This document shows positions 18,871 to 26,918 of a DNA stretch of 64,000 nt, one piece after another (within the stretch, counting starts at the first letter, position 1; each line of letters begins with the position of its first letter). The stretch lies in contig CAWEAA010000008.1 of assembly GCA_963806905.1 (NCBI GenBank), forward strand, positions 392,447 through 456,446, written 5' to 3'. The notes beneath the pieces are model-generated. The model was not told the origin of the DNA. It did not search any database and saw only the letters and a list, made by a program, of their open reading frames with translations. The position numbers were made by a program, and so were the translations under genes. Source of the stretch: an uncultured Verrucomicrobiae bacterium. GTDB taxonomy: Bacteria > Verrucomicrobiota > Verrucomicrobiia > Limisphaerales > UBA11358.

Positions 18871-20182
18871 CGAGTTGACTCACGGCTAAATGTTACCGGA
18901 GGCTGAAGCCGTTAGGGCTTCGTTGCCTCACGATCGAGGTTACCGAGAAGAGTAAAGAAGTTCTTGAGTTTTCTTTCAATGCCTTTCTTCAACTCGAAGG
19001 GGTCCAGGCGTATATGTTCCTCGCGCAGCCTGAGCTTTGTAGCTTCCTCCACCTCGGGGCTCTCCAGCAGTCGTTGATAGGGCGTCTGTGGCTTTTGCTC
19101 ATAGATTCGGACCGTCTTGCTTCCGCGTTTGTCTCGCTTCAACCACTTGAAGGTGGGTTTGAAGTGATTGGTGAACGGACTCCAATCATGGGTGTAGATC
19201 TCGTTCATCAATGCCACCAGTTCGGGATGTTCGAAGCGCTCATGGCCGAAAAGCTGGCGCACATGCGTCCAGTTCTTCTGTTCACAGTGCGCGTTATCGT
19301 TCTTGCGGAAGGCGCGGCTGCGTGTCCAAGGCAACTTTATTGGCCGAGCCTTCAGATATTCGTGCAGCGCCCAGTTCAGGAACTCACCGCCGTTGTCAGT
19401 GTGGAAGTTCTTCATCTGGAAAGGCACCCTGGCTTCCAGTTCCTTCAATTGGCCCAGCACGGCATGGCCGCTTTTGTTCCAGACGGCACGGTTTTCCGTC
19501 CAACCGCTGAAAAGCTCGGTAAACGTGAGGGAATTGACGTAATCGCCTGCCGTCGTGTCTCCGCAGTGAGCCACGGTGTCAGACTCGACCGAACCGGGTT
19601 TGTTGGTGTCGGGCGGGCCGCCGCGCGTGGGCACCTGCCGGCGCAACAGAGTGCCGGGTTGTATCGTGCAAAGCCCCTTGCGCGGATGGCGCACACGGGC
19701 CGGTTGGAGCAAGCGGTCAATCTGCGCCGGACTCACCGCCAACAGTTTTTTCTTAAGGGCTTCGGGCCGTGGTGCCCCGCGCCGCTCGTGATGCGCCAGC
19801 CATTCGGGCAGCGCGGCCTTGAGCAGCTTGCTGCACAACTGATCACTGGCCCGCCACACTTCCTTGAGCACCGGCAAGAGCACGACCGGGTCATAGATGA
19901 TTTTCGGACCGGATCGTTTGCGCTCGGATCCGCCCAAGGGACGCAGCAGCAAGCGCAACGCCGCTTTGCGGTGATAACCACAGTTCAGGCAAAACTCATC
20001 CAGGATGCGGCTCTTATGCGGACGCCCCGCACGCTGATACCGCCCGTGGATTTTCGCCAGATACTCCCTTTGGGCTGATAAACTCATATTCAAGGCTTCG
20101 GTAACCATGAATATGAGTCAACGTATCGGCAGACCACTCGTCCACCTCCCAGTCCCGGTAACATTTAATGTGAGTCAACTCG
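18871..20182 (-). mobile_element. insertion sequence (~1.3 kb) with a single DDE/rve transposase
   Basis: Imperfect terminal inverted repeats CGAGTTGACTCACGGCTAAATGTTACCGG (18871-18899) and CCGGTAACATTTAATGTGAGTCAACTCG (20155-20182) bracket one transposase ORF. Confidence 0.8.
18912..20108 (-). CDS. DDE-type (rve/integrase-core) transposase
   Basis: 398 aa with an N-terminal HTH-like region. Catalytic-triad context SDTVAH ... HTDNGGEF ... HCEQKNW. Confidence 0.85.
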   Translation of the reverse strand: MVTEALNMSLSAQREYLAKIHGRYQRAGRPHKSRILDEFCLNCGYHRKAALRLLLRPLGGSERKRSGPKIIYDPVVLLPVLKEVWRASDQLCSKLLKAALPEWLAHHERRGAPRPEALKKKLLAVSPAQIDRLLQPARVRHPRKGLCTIQPGTLLRRQVPTRGGPPDTNKPGSVESDTVAHCGDTTAGDYVNSLTFTELFSGWTENRAVWNKSGHAVLGQLKELEARVPFQMKNFHTDNGGEFLNWALHEYLKARPIKLPWTRSRAFRKNDNAHCEQKNWTHVRQLFGHERFEHPELVALMNEIYTHDWSPFTNHFKPTFKWLKRDKRGSKTVRIYEQKPQTPYQRLLESPEVEEATKLRLREEHIRLDPFELKKGIERKLKNFFTLLGNLDREATKP

Positions 20183-20209
20183 GGGGGTGTGGGAAGCCGA
20201 AATGCCCTA

Positions 20210-20237
20210 TTGACTTCATTCGTGCGTCTGATAAATT
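20210..20237 (+). promoter_or_regulatory. candidate sigma70-like promoter of rplM-rpsI
   Basis: TTGACT (20210-20215), a 16-nt spacer, TAAATT (20232-20237), 22 nt upstream of the rplM ATG. Consensus match only. Confidence 0.35.
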
Positions 20238-20258
20238 ATGCGCTCCTTTTCGGTTTGA

Positions 20259-20693
20259 ATGAAAACACATTTGCCCAAAGTAAATCTGGACGAGCGGAAA
20301 TGGCACGTCATTGACGCCGACGGCGCCGTGCTCGGCCGGCTGGCTGCGCAGGTGGCCGACGTGCTGCGCGGCAAGAACAAGCCCGTCTATACGCCCCATC
20401 TCGATGCCGGTGACTTTGTCATCGTCATCAATGCCGAGAAAATCCGCGTCACCGGCAAAAAAGAGACCGCCAAGGAATACATGACCTATTCCGGCTGGAA
20501 AGGCGGCGAGAAATACCGGACCGTTGAACAAATCCGCGCGAAGCATCCGGAAAAACTCATTACGCACGCGGTCAAGGGCATGATTCCGAAAAACCGGCTG
20601 GGCGACCAGTTGTTGACCAAGCTGAAGGTGTTCAAAGGCCCGAAACATCCGCACGCCGCGCAAAAGCCGGAACCGCTCAAAGCGGCGGCCTGA
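20259..20693 (+). CDS. rplM: 50S ribosomal protein L13
   Basis: 144 aa; KWHVIDADGAVLGRLAAQVADVLRGKNKPVYTPH is diagnostic of L13. Confidence 0.95.
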   Translation: MKTHLPKVNLDERKWHVIDADGAVLGRLAAQVADVLRGKNKPVYTPHLDAGDFVIVINAEKIRVTGKKETAKEYMTYSGWKGGEKYRTVEQIRAKHPEKLITHAVKGMIPKNRLGDQLLTKLKVFKGPKHPHAAQKPEPLKAAA

Positions 20694-20731
20694 TTTTCCC
20701 TCAACCACCAACGTTCAACCTCAACTGACAG

Positions 20732-21133
20732 ATGGCAGCGGAAACCAAAATCGAATTTCTCGGCACCGGACGGCGCAAGACCGCCATCGCCCGCGTCCGG
20801 CTCGCGTCCGGCAACGGCAAAATCACCGTGAACGGCCGGGCGTTTGAAAATTATTTCCCGCTCGAAACGCTGCGCTCGACGGTGTCGCAACCGTTGACGC
20901 TCACCGGCATGGCGGAAAAATTCGACGCGCGCATCAATGTTACCGGCGGCGGCCCGAACGGACAGGCCGGCGCGGTGCGGCATGGGATTGCCCGGGCGCT
21001 GATTCGGGCCGATGCCACGTTGCGTGGCGCGCTCAAGGCCGAGGGCCTGCTCACGCGCGATTCGCGCATGAAAGAGCGCAAGAAATACGGCCAGCCGGGC
21101 GCGCGCAAACGGTTCCAATACTCGAAACGTTAA
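20732..21133 (+). CDS. rpsI: 30S ribosomal protein S9
   Basis: 133 aa; [12 protein letters not shown] start and the C-terminal [11 protein letters not shown] are diagnostic of S9. Confidence 0.95.
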   Translation: MAAETKIEFLGTGRRKTAIARVRLASGNGKITVNGRAFENYFPLETLRSTVSQPLTLTGMAEKFDARINVTGGGPNGQAGAVRHGIARALIRADATLRGALKAEGLLTRDSRMKERKKYGQPGARKRFQYSKR

Positions 21134-21151
21134 TCGCGCTGGAAATTTCCA

Positions 21152-21188
21152 GGCCCCGCTGGCAAAACCGGCGGGGCTTTTTTGTTTT
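21152..21188 (+). terminator. rho-independent terminator after rpsI
   Basis: GCCCCGCTGG / CCGGCGGGGC stem followed by TTTTTTGTTTT. Confidence 0.7.
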
Positions 21189-21251
21189 GGGAGGGACGGC
21201 GTGTCGCCGTCCCCGAAAGAAAATTTGGGTCGCCGACATGGCGACCCTCCC
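21189..21251. repeat. double-hairpin REP-like element (type B)
   Basis: GGGAGGGACGGCG-TGT-CGCCGTCCC ... GGGTCGCC-GACAT-GGCGACCCTCCC. A second copy lies at 62601-62657. Confidence 0.7.
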
Positions 21252-21266
21252 GGTAAGATTTGAAAT

Positions 21267-22307
21267 ATGAAATCGAAGAAAGTGGCCATCATCGGCGCGT
21301 CCGGTTACTCCGGCGAGGAACTCATCCGGCTGTTGTTAAACCATCCTCACGCGGAGCTGGCGGCTGTGACCTCGCGCCAAAACGCCGGGCAGACGCTCGC
21401 GCAGGTCTTTCCGAAATTTGCCAGTCATCCCCTGTCAAAAACCCTGCGCTTTACCGAGCCAAAGGCCGAACGGCTGGCGAAACAGGCGGATGTGGTGTTT
21501 CTGGCGTTGCCGCACGGCGTCGCTGCCGAATACGCCGTGCCGCTGCTCGATGCCGGCTGTGTCGTGATTGACCTCAGCGCGGATTTCCGGCTCAAGAGCG
21601 CGGAAATCTACAAGGAATTTTACGCACACGACCATCCCGTGCCGGATTTGTTGAAAAAGTCCGTTTATGGTTTGCCGGAAATTTATCGCGAACAGATCAA
21701 AAAGGCCTTGCTCATCGCGTCGCCCGGCTGTTACCCGACCAGCATTTTGCTGCCGGCGATTCCGTTGCTGAAGGCGGGGTTGATCAAACCGGCCGGCATC
21801 ATCGCCGACTCGTTGAGCGGCGTGAGCGGCGCGGGCCGCAAGGCCGAGGCGGATTATCTTTTTTGCGAATGCAACGAAAGCGTCCGGCCTTACAGCGTGC
21901 CCAAACACCGGCATTTGTCGGAAATCGAGGAACAGCTTTCGCTGGCAGCCGGCGCCGGGATCACCATCCAGTTCACACCGCATCTGATTCCGGTGAACCG
22001 CGGTATCTTGACGACGCTTTACCTCGCGCCGGCGGACAAATCCATTGACGCGGAGAAGATTTCCGCGTGTTACCGGAAAGCTTATGGCAACGAACCGTTC
22101 GTTCGCCTGCTCGACGGCAAAAATCTGCCCGACACCAAAAATGTCAACGGCACAAACGTCATCGAAATTGCCTGGCGGCTCGACCCGCGGACAGGCCGGC
22201 TCATCGTCATGAGTGCCGAGGACAATCTGGTCAAAGGCGCGAGCGGCCAGGCCGTTCAGAGCCTGAACCTCCTCTGCGATTTCCCGGAGACGGCGGGATT
22301 GGTCTGA
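21267..22307 (+). CDS. argC: N-acetyl-gamma-glutamyl-phosphate reductase
   Basis: 346 aa; VAIIGASGYSGEELIRLL NAD(P) site and the SPGCYPTS catalytic Cys region. Confidence 0.95.
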   Translation: MKSKKVAIIGASGYSGEELIRLLLNHPHAELAAVTSRQNAGQTLAQVFPKFASHPLSKTLRFTEPKAERLAKQADVVFLALPHGVAAEYAVPLLDAGCVVIDLSADFRLKSAEIYKEFYAHDHPVPDLLKKSVYGLPEIYREQIKKALLIASPGCYPTSILLPAIPLLKAGLIKPAGIIADSLSGVSGAGRKAEADYLFCECNESVRPYSVPKHRHLSEIEEQLSLAAGAGITIQFTPHLIPVNRGILTTLYLAPADKSIDAEKISACYRKAYGNEPFVRLLDGKNLPDTKNVNGTNVIEIAWRLDPRTGRLIVMSAEDNLVKGASGQAVQSLNLLCDFPETAGLV

Positions 22308-22316
22308 GTTTGCAAG

Positions 22317-23126
22317 ATGCCCAGACCTGTTTCACCAACTGCCAGGTGGAATGCGGCCGATTACGCCGCGAATTCCGTCGTGCAGCAAGCCTGGGCGCGC
22401 GAACTCATCGTCAGGCTCAACCTGCTGGGCGATGAGCATGTCCTCGATGTTGGCTGCGGCGATGGCAAGGTCAGCGCCGAAATCGCCCAAGCCGTGCCGC
22501 GCGGTTTCGTTGTCGGCGTTGACGCCTCGCCGCAAATGATCAAATTCGCGCGCGCCACTTTTCCACAGGCCCAAGCTCCCAATGTGGAATTTCGGGTCAT
22601 GGACGCGCGCAATATCCGGTTCAGGCGAAAATTCGACCTCGTTTTTTCAAGCGCCGCCCTGCATTGGGTGGATGATCATCGGGCGTTTTTGCGCGGCGTG
22701 GCGGCGTGCCTGCGTTCCGGCGGACGGCTGGTGGTTTCGTGCGGCGGCAAGGGCAACGCCCAGGACGTGTTCGTCGCGTTGCGCCCGGAGATGCGGCTCA
22801 AACGCTGGCGCGAATTTTTCCGGAAGATGGAAAGGCCGTATTTCTTTCACAGCCCGGACAGCTACGAAAAATGGCTGCCACAGTTTGGGTTCAAATCACC
22901 GGAGGTGCAACTGTCGCCGAAAGATGCCATCTACGACGGGCGCAAAGACTTTGCGGCTTGGTTGCGCACGACCTGGCTGCCATACGTCCAGCGCGTGCCG
23001 GAAAATTTGCGCGAGGATTTCATCATGGCCGTCACGGACCGGTACCTCGCCAAACATCCGCCCGATGCGGATGGGCGCGTCCATGTTCGCATGGTGCGGC
23101 TCGAAATTTACGCGGAAAAAGTTTAA
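22317..23126 (+). CDS. class I SAM-dependent methyltransferase (Tam-like)
   Basis: 269 aa with SAM motif I VLDVGCGDG. The N-terminal WNAADYAANS pattern resembles trans-aconitate methyltransferase-type proteins. Confidence 0.8.
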   Translation: MPRPVSPTARWNAADYAANSVVQQAWARELIVRLNLLGDEHVLDVGCGDGKVSAEIAQAVPRGFVVGVDASPQMIKFARATFPQAQAPNVEFRVMDARNIRFRRKFDLVFSSAALHWVDDHRAFLRGVAACLRSGGRLVVSCGGKGNAQDVFVALRPEMRLKRWREFFRKMERPYFFHSPDSYEKWLPQFGFKSPEVQLSPKDAIYDGRKDFAAWLRTTWLPYVQRVPENLREDFIMAVTDRYLAKHPPDADGRVHVRMVRLEIYAEKV

Positions 23127-23156
23127 CCACGAAATACACTAACCACACGAAAGGAT
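23126..23156. repeat. heptad-periodic low-complexity tract
   Basis: ACCACGA AATACAC TAACCAC ACGAAAG immediately after the methyltransferase stop. Confidence 0.4.
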
Positions 23157-23180
23157 GTAGTGTCGGCGTTGTGCGCCGAT
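23157..23180 (+). repeat. REP-like singlet (GTAG + hairpin)
   Basis: GTAG TG TCGGCG TTGTG CGCCGA T. Confidence 0.45.
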
Positions 23181-23257
23181 AAAGCAGTCGAGCCACAGGC
23201 GCTCGCCTCATCCGGGGCTTTGCCAAAAGCACCGGCTCGCCTATCATCCGCCCGATA

Positions 23258-24568
23258 ATGAATGCCGCGTGGGTCATGCTTTCGGTCGCGACGCTGAGTG
23301 TGTTGCTGTCGTTTGGCTGCTCGACGACGCCCGGGCCCCGGTCGTTTCCGGCCCCGGCCGCGTTGCCGCCGTGCGACGCATTGCCGGATCCCCTCGTCAT
23401 GCTCGACGGCCGCCGGGTAAACTCGCCCGGGCAGTGGTTCGACCAGCGCCGGCCGGAACTGATGGTCCTCTTCCAACATTACATGTACGGCACGCTGCCA
23501 CCCAAGCCCGCGCGGATGCGGGCCGGGGTGACGGCCGAATACGGTGATTTTGCCGGCGGCAAGGCAACGCTCCGGCTGATCACGCTGGAAACCGGATCGA
23601 ATGGCGCGCCGCAAATCAATTTGATGCTGGTGCTGCCGAATCATCGTCCGGGCCGGGTGCCGGTTTTTCTCGGGCTGAACTTTTGCGGCAACCAATCGCT
23701 GACGGCCGATCCGCGCGTGCCGCTGGCGCGCGGCTGGCTGACCGCGTTGTGCAAGGGGTGCTCGAACAACGTCGCCACGGAGGCGGCGCGATCGGCCGGT
23801 GCCGCTGACTGGCCGGGAGACGAATGGCCGGTCGCCGACATCGTTGAACGCGGGTACGGCCTCGCCACGTTCTGTAGTTGTGACATTGATTCCGACCGGC
23901 CCGACATCAGCGACGGCCTTTACCAATGGCTCGCCGGCGGCGACCCGGCGCGGAACCGGCCCGCGGATCGAGGCACCATCGCCGCGTGGGCCTGGGGCTT
24001 CCAGCGTTGCGTGGATTACTTGGAGTCGGATCCGGACGTGGACCCGCGCCACATTGCCGCGTTGGGCCATTCACGCAACGGCAAGGCGGCGCTGCTGGCG
24101 GCGGCGTTCGACGACCGCATTGCCCTTGCCGTGGTGCACCAGGCCGGGTGCGGCGGCAGCGCCCCCAGCCGCGGCAAGACTGGAGAGCAGCTCCGCGACA
24201 TCAACCGCGTCTTCCCCCACTGGTTTAATGCAAAATTCAAACAGTTCAACGATTGCCCGGAACGGCTGCCCTTCGACCAGAATTGCCTGGTCGCCTTGTG
24301 CGCGCCGCGGGCGGTCCTGTTCTCCAACGGCCAGGCGGACCAGTGGGCAAATCCAGCCGGCCAGTTCGATGTGTTGCAAGCGGCCGCCCCGGTCTATCGC
24401 CTGCTCGGCGTTGACGGGTTGGCTGCGCAGCCCATGCCGGCGCCGGGCCAGCTTGTCGGAAACCGCCTCGGCTATTACATCCGGGCCGGGGGACATTCCA
24501 TGACACCGGCTGACTGGAAGATCTTTATGGATTTTGCCGACCGCCAATGGGGCAAACCCGCCCGTTGA
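23258..24568 (+). CDS. CE15-type glucuronoyl esterase (4-O-methyl-glucuronoyl methylesterase-like)
   Basis: 436 aa with a lipoprotein-like signal (LSFGCS). Nucleophile motif GHSRNGKAAL matches the G-x-S-R-x-G signature of CE15. Overall alpha/beta hydrolase pattern. Confidence 0.7.
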   Translation: MNAAWVMLSVATLSVLLSFGCSTTPGPRSFPAPAALPPCDALPDPLVMLDGRRVNSPGQWFDQRRPELMVLFQHYMYGTLPPKPARMRAGVTAEYGDFAGGKATLRLITLETGSNGAPQINLMLVLPNHRPGRVPVFLGLNFCGNQSLTADPRVPLARGWLTALCKGCSNNVATEAARSAGAADWPGDEWPVADIVERGYGLATFCSCDIDSDRPDISDGLYQWLAGGDPARNRPADRGTIAAWAWGFQRCVDYLESDPDVDPRHIAALGHSRNGKAALLAAAFDDRIALAVVHQAGCGGSAPSRGKTGEQLRDINRVFPHWFNAKFKQFNDCPERLPFDQNCLVALCAPRAVLFSNGQADQWANPAGQFDVLQAAAPVYRLLGVDGLAAQPMPAPGQLVGNRLGYYIRAGGHSMTPADWKIFMDFADRQWGKPAR

Positions 24569-24594
24569 AACATCTTTTTCACACCGCACCAATC

Positions 24595-25995
24595 ATGAAA
24601 AGAATATTCAAAGAAATCGCCGGTTCCATCGTCGCGCCGAAGGGCTTTCTCGCCGGCGGCGTGTTTTGCGACATTAAACGCCTCGGCACGGGTAAAGGCT
24701 CGGAAAAGGGACAAAAACGGGATCTCGCGCTGATTGTGTCCGAGGTCCCGGCGACCGTTGCCGGCATGTTCACGACCAATCAGGTCTGTGCCGCGCCGGT
24801 AAAAGTTTGTGTTGAGCGCGTCAAAAAGGGAATCGCCCAGGCCATTGTCGTTAATTCCGGCAATGCCAATGCCTGTACTAGCAAACAGGGCTTGAAAGAT
24901 GCGCGCGAAATGACGCGCTTGGTGGCTGGCGCTGTAGCCGCGTTTATCAAAACGCGGAAAACTTTCGCTGCTCTCGCCGCCTGCCATCCGCATTCTCACG
25001 AATGCGGCTACGAATTACCCGCCGAACACGTTCTGGTCGGTTCTACCGGACGTATTGGTGTCACCTTGCCAATGGTTAACGTAAGGCGTGGCATCTCCGA
25101 GGCTGCAAAAGTCTTGGGTAATTCAAAAACACACGCTGACCAGGCGGTCGAAGCCATCATGACGAGCGACACGCGGCCCAAGCAGATTGCGGTCGAATTC
25201 AAGCTGGGCGGCAAAACCGTCCGCATCGGCGGCATATGTAAGGGCGCGGGCATGATTCAACCGGGCATGTCCGCCACCGGCGCAAGGCCGGCCGCGCTTC
25301 ATGCCACGATGCTGTGCTTTATCACCACCGATGCGGCGATTGAAGCGAAAATTCTGCAGGCCGCATTGAGGGAAGCCGTCGCGCAGAGTTTCAATCGCAT
25401 CACCGTGGACGGCGACATGAGTACCAACGACACCGTGCTCGTGCTGGCGAATGGCTTGGCGGGGAACAAAAACATTCAACATTCAACATTCAACATTCAA
25501 CGCCGAATTTTTCAAGCGGCGCTGAATCACGTCTGCCTGGAACTGGCTAAAATGATTGTGCGCGACGGCGAAGGCGTTCATCGCGTCGTGACGGTGCGCG
25601 TGAACGGCGCGAAAAACTTTGCCGATGCCGATGCCGCGGCGCGGGCGGTGGCCAACAGTCCTCTCGTGAAAACAAGCTGGCACGGTGGCGACCCGAATTG
25701 GGGCCGCATCATTGACGCCGTCGGCTACAGCGCGGCAACCGTGGTGGAAGAGAAAGTGGACATTGGCTACAGCGCTCCGGGTGAGGAAAAAATTCTCTGG
25801 AGTCTGAAACGCGGCCAGCCGACGAAGGCGACATTTAAGCAACTCTGTGCGGCTGTGGCGCCGAAGGAATTTGACTTGCACATCAACCTGAATCTTGGCA
25901 AAGCCGGTGCCGTGATTTACGCCGCCGATTTGACGGAAGCCTACGTGGATTTCAACAAGGGCGACGTGGGCGATCCGGGTTCGCTCGGAGGATAA
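24595..25995 (+). CDS. argJ: bifunctional ornithine acetyltransferase / N-acetylglutamate synthase
   Basis: ATG 24595 in ORF 24547-25995. KGFLAGGVFCDIK start and the autoprocessing site context HATMLCFITTDA. Carries two repeat-derived in-frame insertions. Confidence 0.9.
   Translation: MKRIFKEIAGSIVAPKGFLAGGVFCDIKRLGTGKGSEKGQKRDLALIVSEVPATVAGMFTTNQVCAAPVKVCVERVKKGIAQAIVVNSGNANACTSKQGLKDAREMTRLVAGAVAAFIKTRKTFAALAACHPHSHECGYELPAEHVLVGSTGRIGVTLPMVNVRRGISEAAKVLGNSKTHADQAVEAIMTSDTRPKQIAVEFKLGGKTVRIGGICKGAGMIQPGMSATGARPAALHATMLCFITTDAAIEAKILQAALREAVAQSFNRITVDGDMSTNDTVLVLANGLAGNKNIQHSTFNIQRRIFQAALNHVCLELAKMIVRDGEGVHRVVTVRVNGAKNFADADAAARAVANSPLVKTSWHGGDPNWGRIIDAVGYSAATVVEEKVDIGYSAPGEEKILWSLKRGQPTKATFKQLCAAVAPKEFDLHINLNLGKAGAVIYAADLTEAYVDFNKGDVGDPGSLGG
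24934..25011. repeat. REPIN-like doublet inside argJ (78 nt, in frame)
   Basis: GTAGCCGCGTTTATCAAAACGCGG at the left end. The right end reads GTAGCCGCATTCGTGAGAATGCGG on the opposite strand. Each is GTAG plus an 8-bp-stem hairpin. Confidence 0.75.
25471..25501. repeat. (AACATTC)n heptanucleotide tandem repeat inside argJ
   Basis: AACATTC x4 plus AAC, translated as NIQHSTFNIQ. Confidence 0.85.
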
Positions 25996-26001
25996 TTGTT
26001 T

Positions 26002-26841
26002 TCAAACAGGATCGTATTCCAAAGCATAGTCGGAGGGATGAAAAACTGCCTTGCGGGGCTGCACGTCGGGATATTCTTTATGAAGAAATTCTTTCATCGT
26101 TTGAATTTCTTTTAACGAAGTCCGAACACCAAAATCCACACATTTTACCCATTCCCGTTTGAACGGAAAAAAATCCGCAGGCTCGCCAGTTTGAAGTTGC
26201 TTAGATACGCAAAATTGAGGAGACGTAATCAAACGATATTCCCGTTCATACTTCCAAGCTAAACTTTTTACTTTCAGCATTTCAATAAGTGCCTTCTTGA
26301 CATGGTCACTCCCTAGGCCTTCTGTCAAATTAAGAACAATCCTTTCTTTCCGATAGTCAACTTGAACGACTTTGAATGGAAATGTTATGCCGTCTGGAAA
26401 TTCAAATCCAATTCTGGCTCCTTTGTGTTTATCAGCATAGTGAGACCAAATTAGAATTTCATCTAACCGATCAACGGTTGATTCTGAAAAACACACGACA
26501 CGAAGACTCCGGTCAGACATTGCCCCAACAAGTTTTTCTGCTTTGAGTTGCGAATAGCCGGATGCAAGATTTTTTACAAACGAGTCACGATTAGCTGCCA
26601 CGAACCTCTTCAAATCTTTTTTTGTCTTAATTGCTGGATTGTATAATTGCGCCACGGCAAAAAACTGATCGGTCTTAATCCTCTGTTTCAAATGATGTTT
26701 AGCCTTCGCCACAGTCATCGTTCCGACCAACCGGTATAATAGTTCAAAAGGATCGTTCAGAGAACTGACAGTTGCCGCCTTGAGGAGATTGTCTTGCAAG
26801 GTTTCGAGAGCGTGCGAACCAAAATAGCGAAAGAGGAGCAT
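26002..26841 (-). CDS. DUF2971-like hypothetical protein (AT-rich insertion)
   Basis: 279 aa from ATG 26841 (the ORF track uses TTG 26874). LFRYFG...VSSLNDPFE resembles the DUF2971 N-terminal motif. Clearly more AT-rich than its neighbours. Confidence 0.6.
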   Translation of the reverse strand: MLLFRYFGSHALETLQDNLLKAATVSSLNDPFELLYRLVGTMTVAKAKHHLKQRIKTDQFFAVAQLYNPAIKTKKDLKRFVAANRDSFVKNLASGYSQLKAEKLVGAMSDRSLRVVCFSESTVDRLDEILIWSHYADKHKGARIGFEFPDGITFPFKVVQVDYRKERIVLNLTEGLGSDHVKKALIEMLKVKSLAWKYEREYRLITSPQFCVSKQLQTGEPADFFPFKREWVKCVDFGVRTSLKEIQTMKEFLHKEYPDVQPRKAVFHPSDYALEYDPV

Positions 26842-26865
26842 ATTTTGACTTACAATTAACTCCAC

Positions 26866-26900
26866 AAATAACAAAAGCCGCCGGATTTCTCCAGCGGCTT
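26866..26900 (-). terminator. rho-independent terminator after ilvC
   Basis: On the minus strand: AAGCCGCTGG-AGAAAT-CCGGCGGCTT followed by TTTGTTATTT. Confidence 0.55.
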
Positions 26901-26918
26901 TTATCTTTCAAGCAGACT

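Noticed and set aside
18861-20189. Target-site duplication of the IS element (GGGTG on both sides)
   Set aside because: The left copy abuts the IR, but the right copy is offset by two G residues within a G-run. I cannot define a clean direct repeat.
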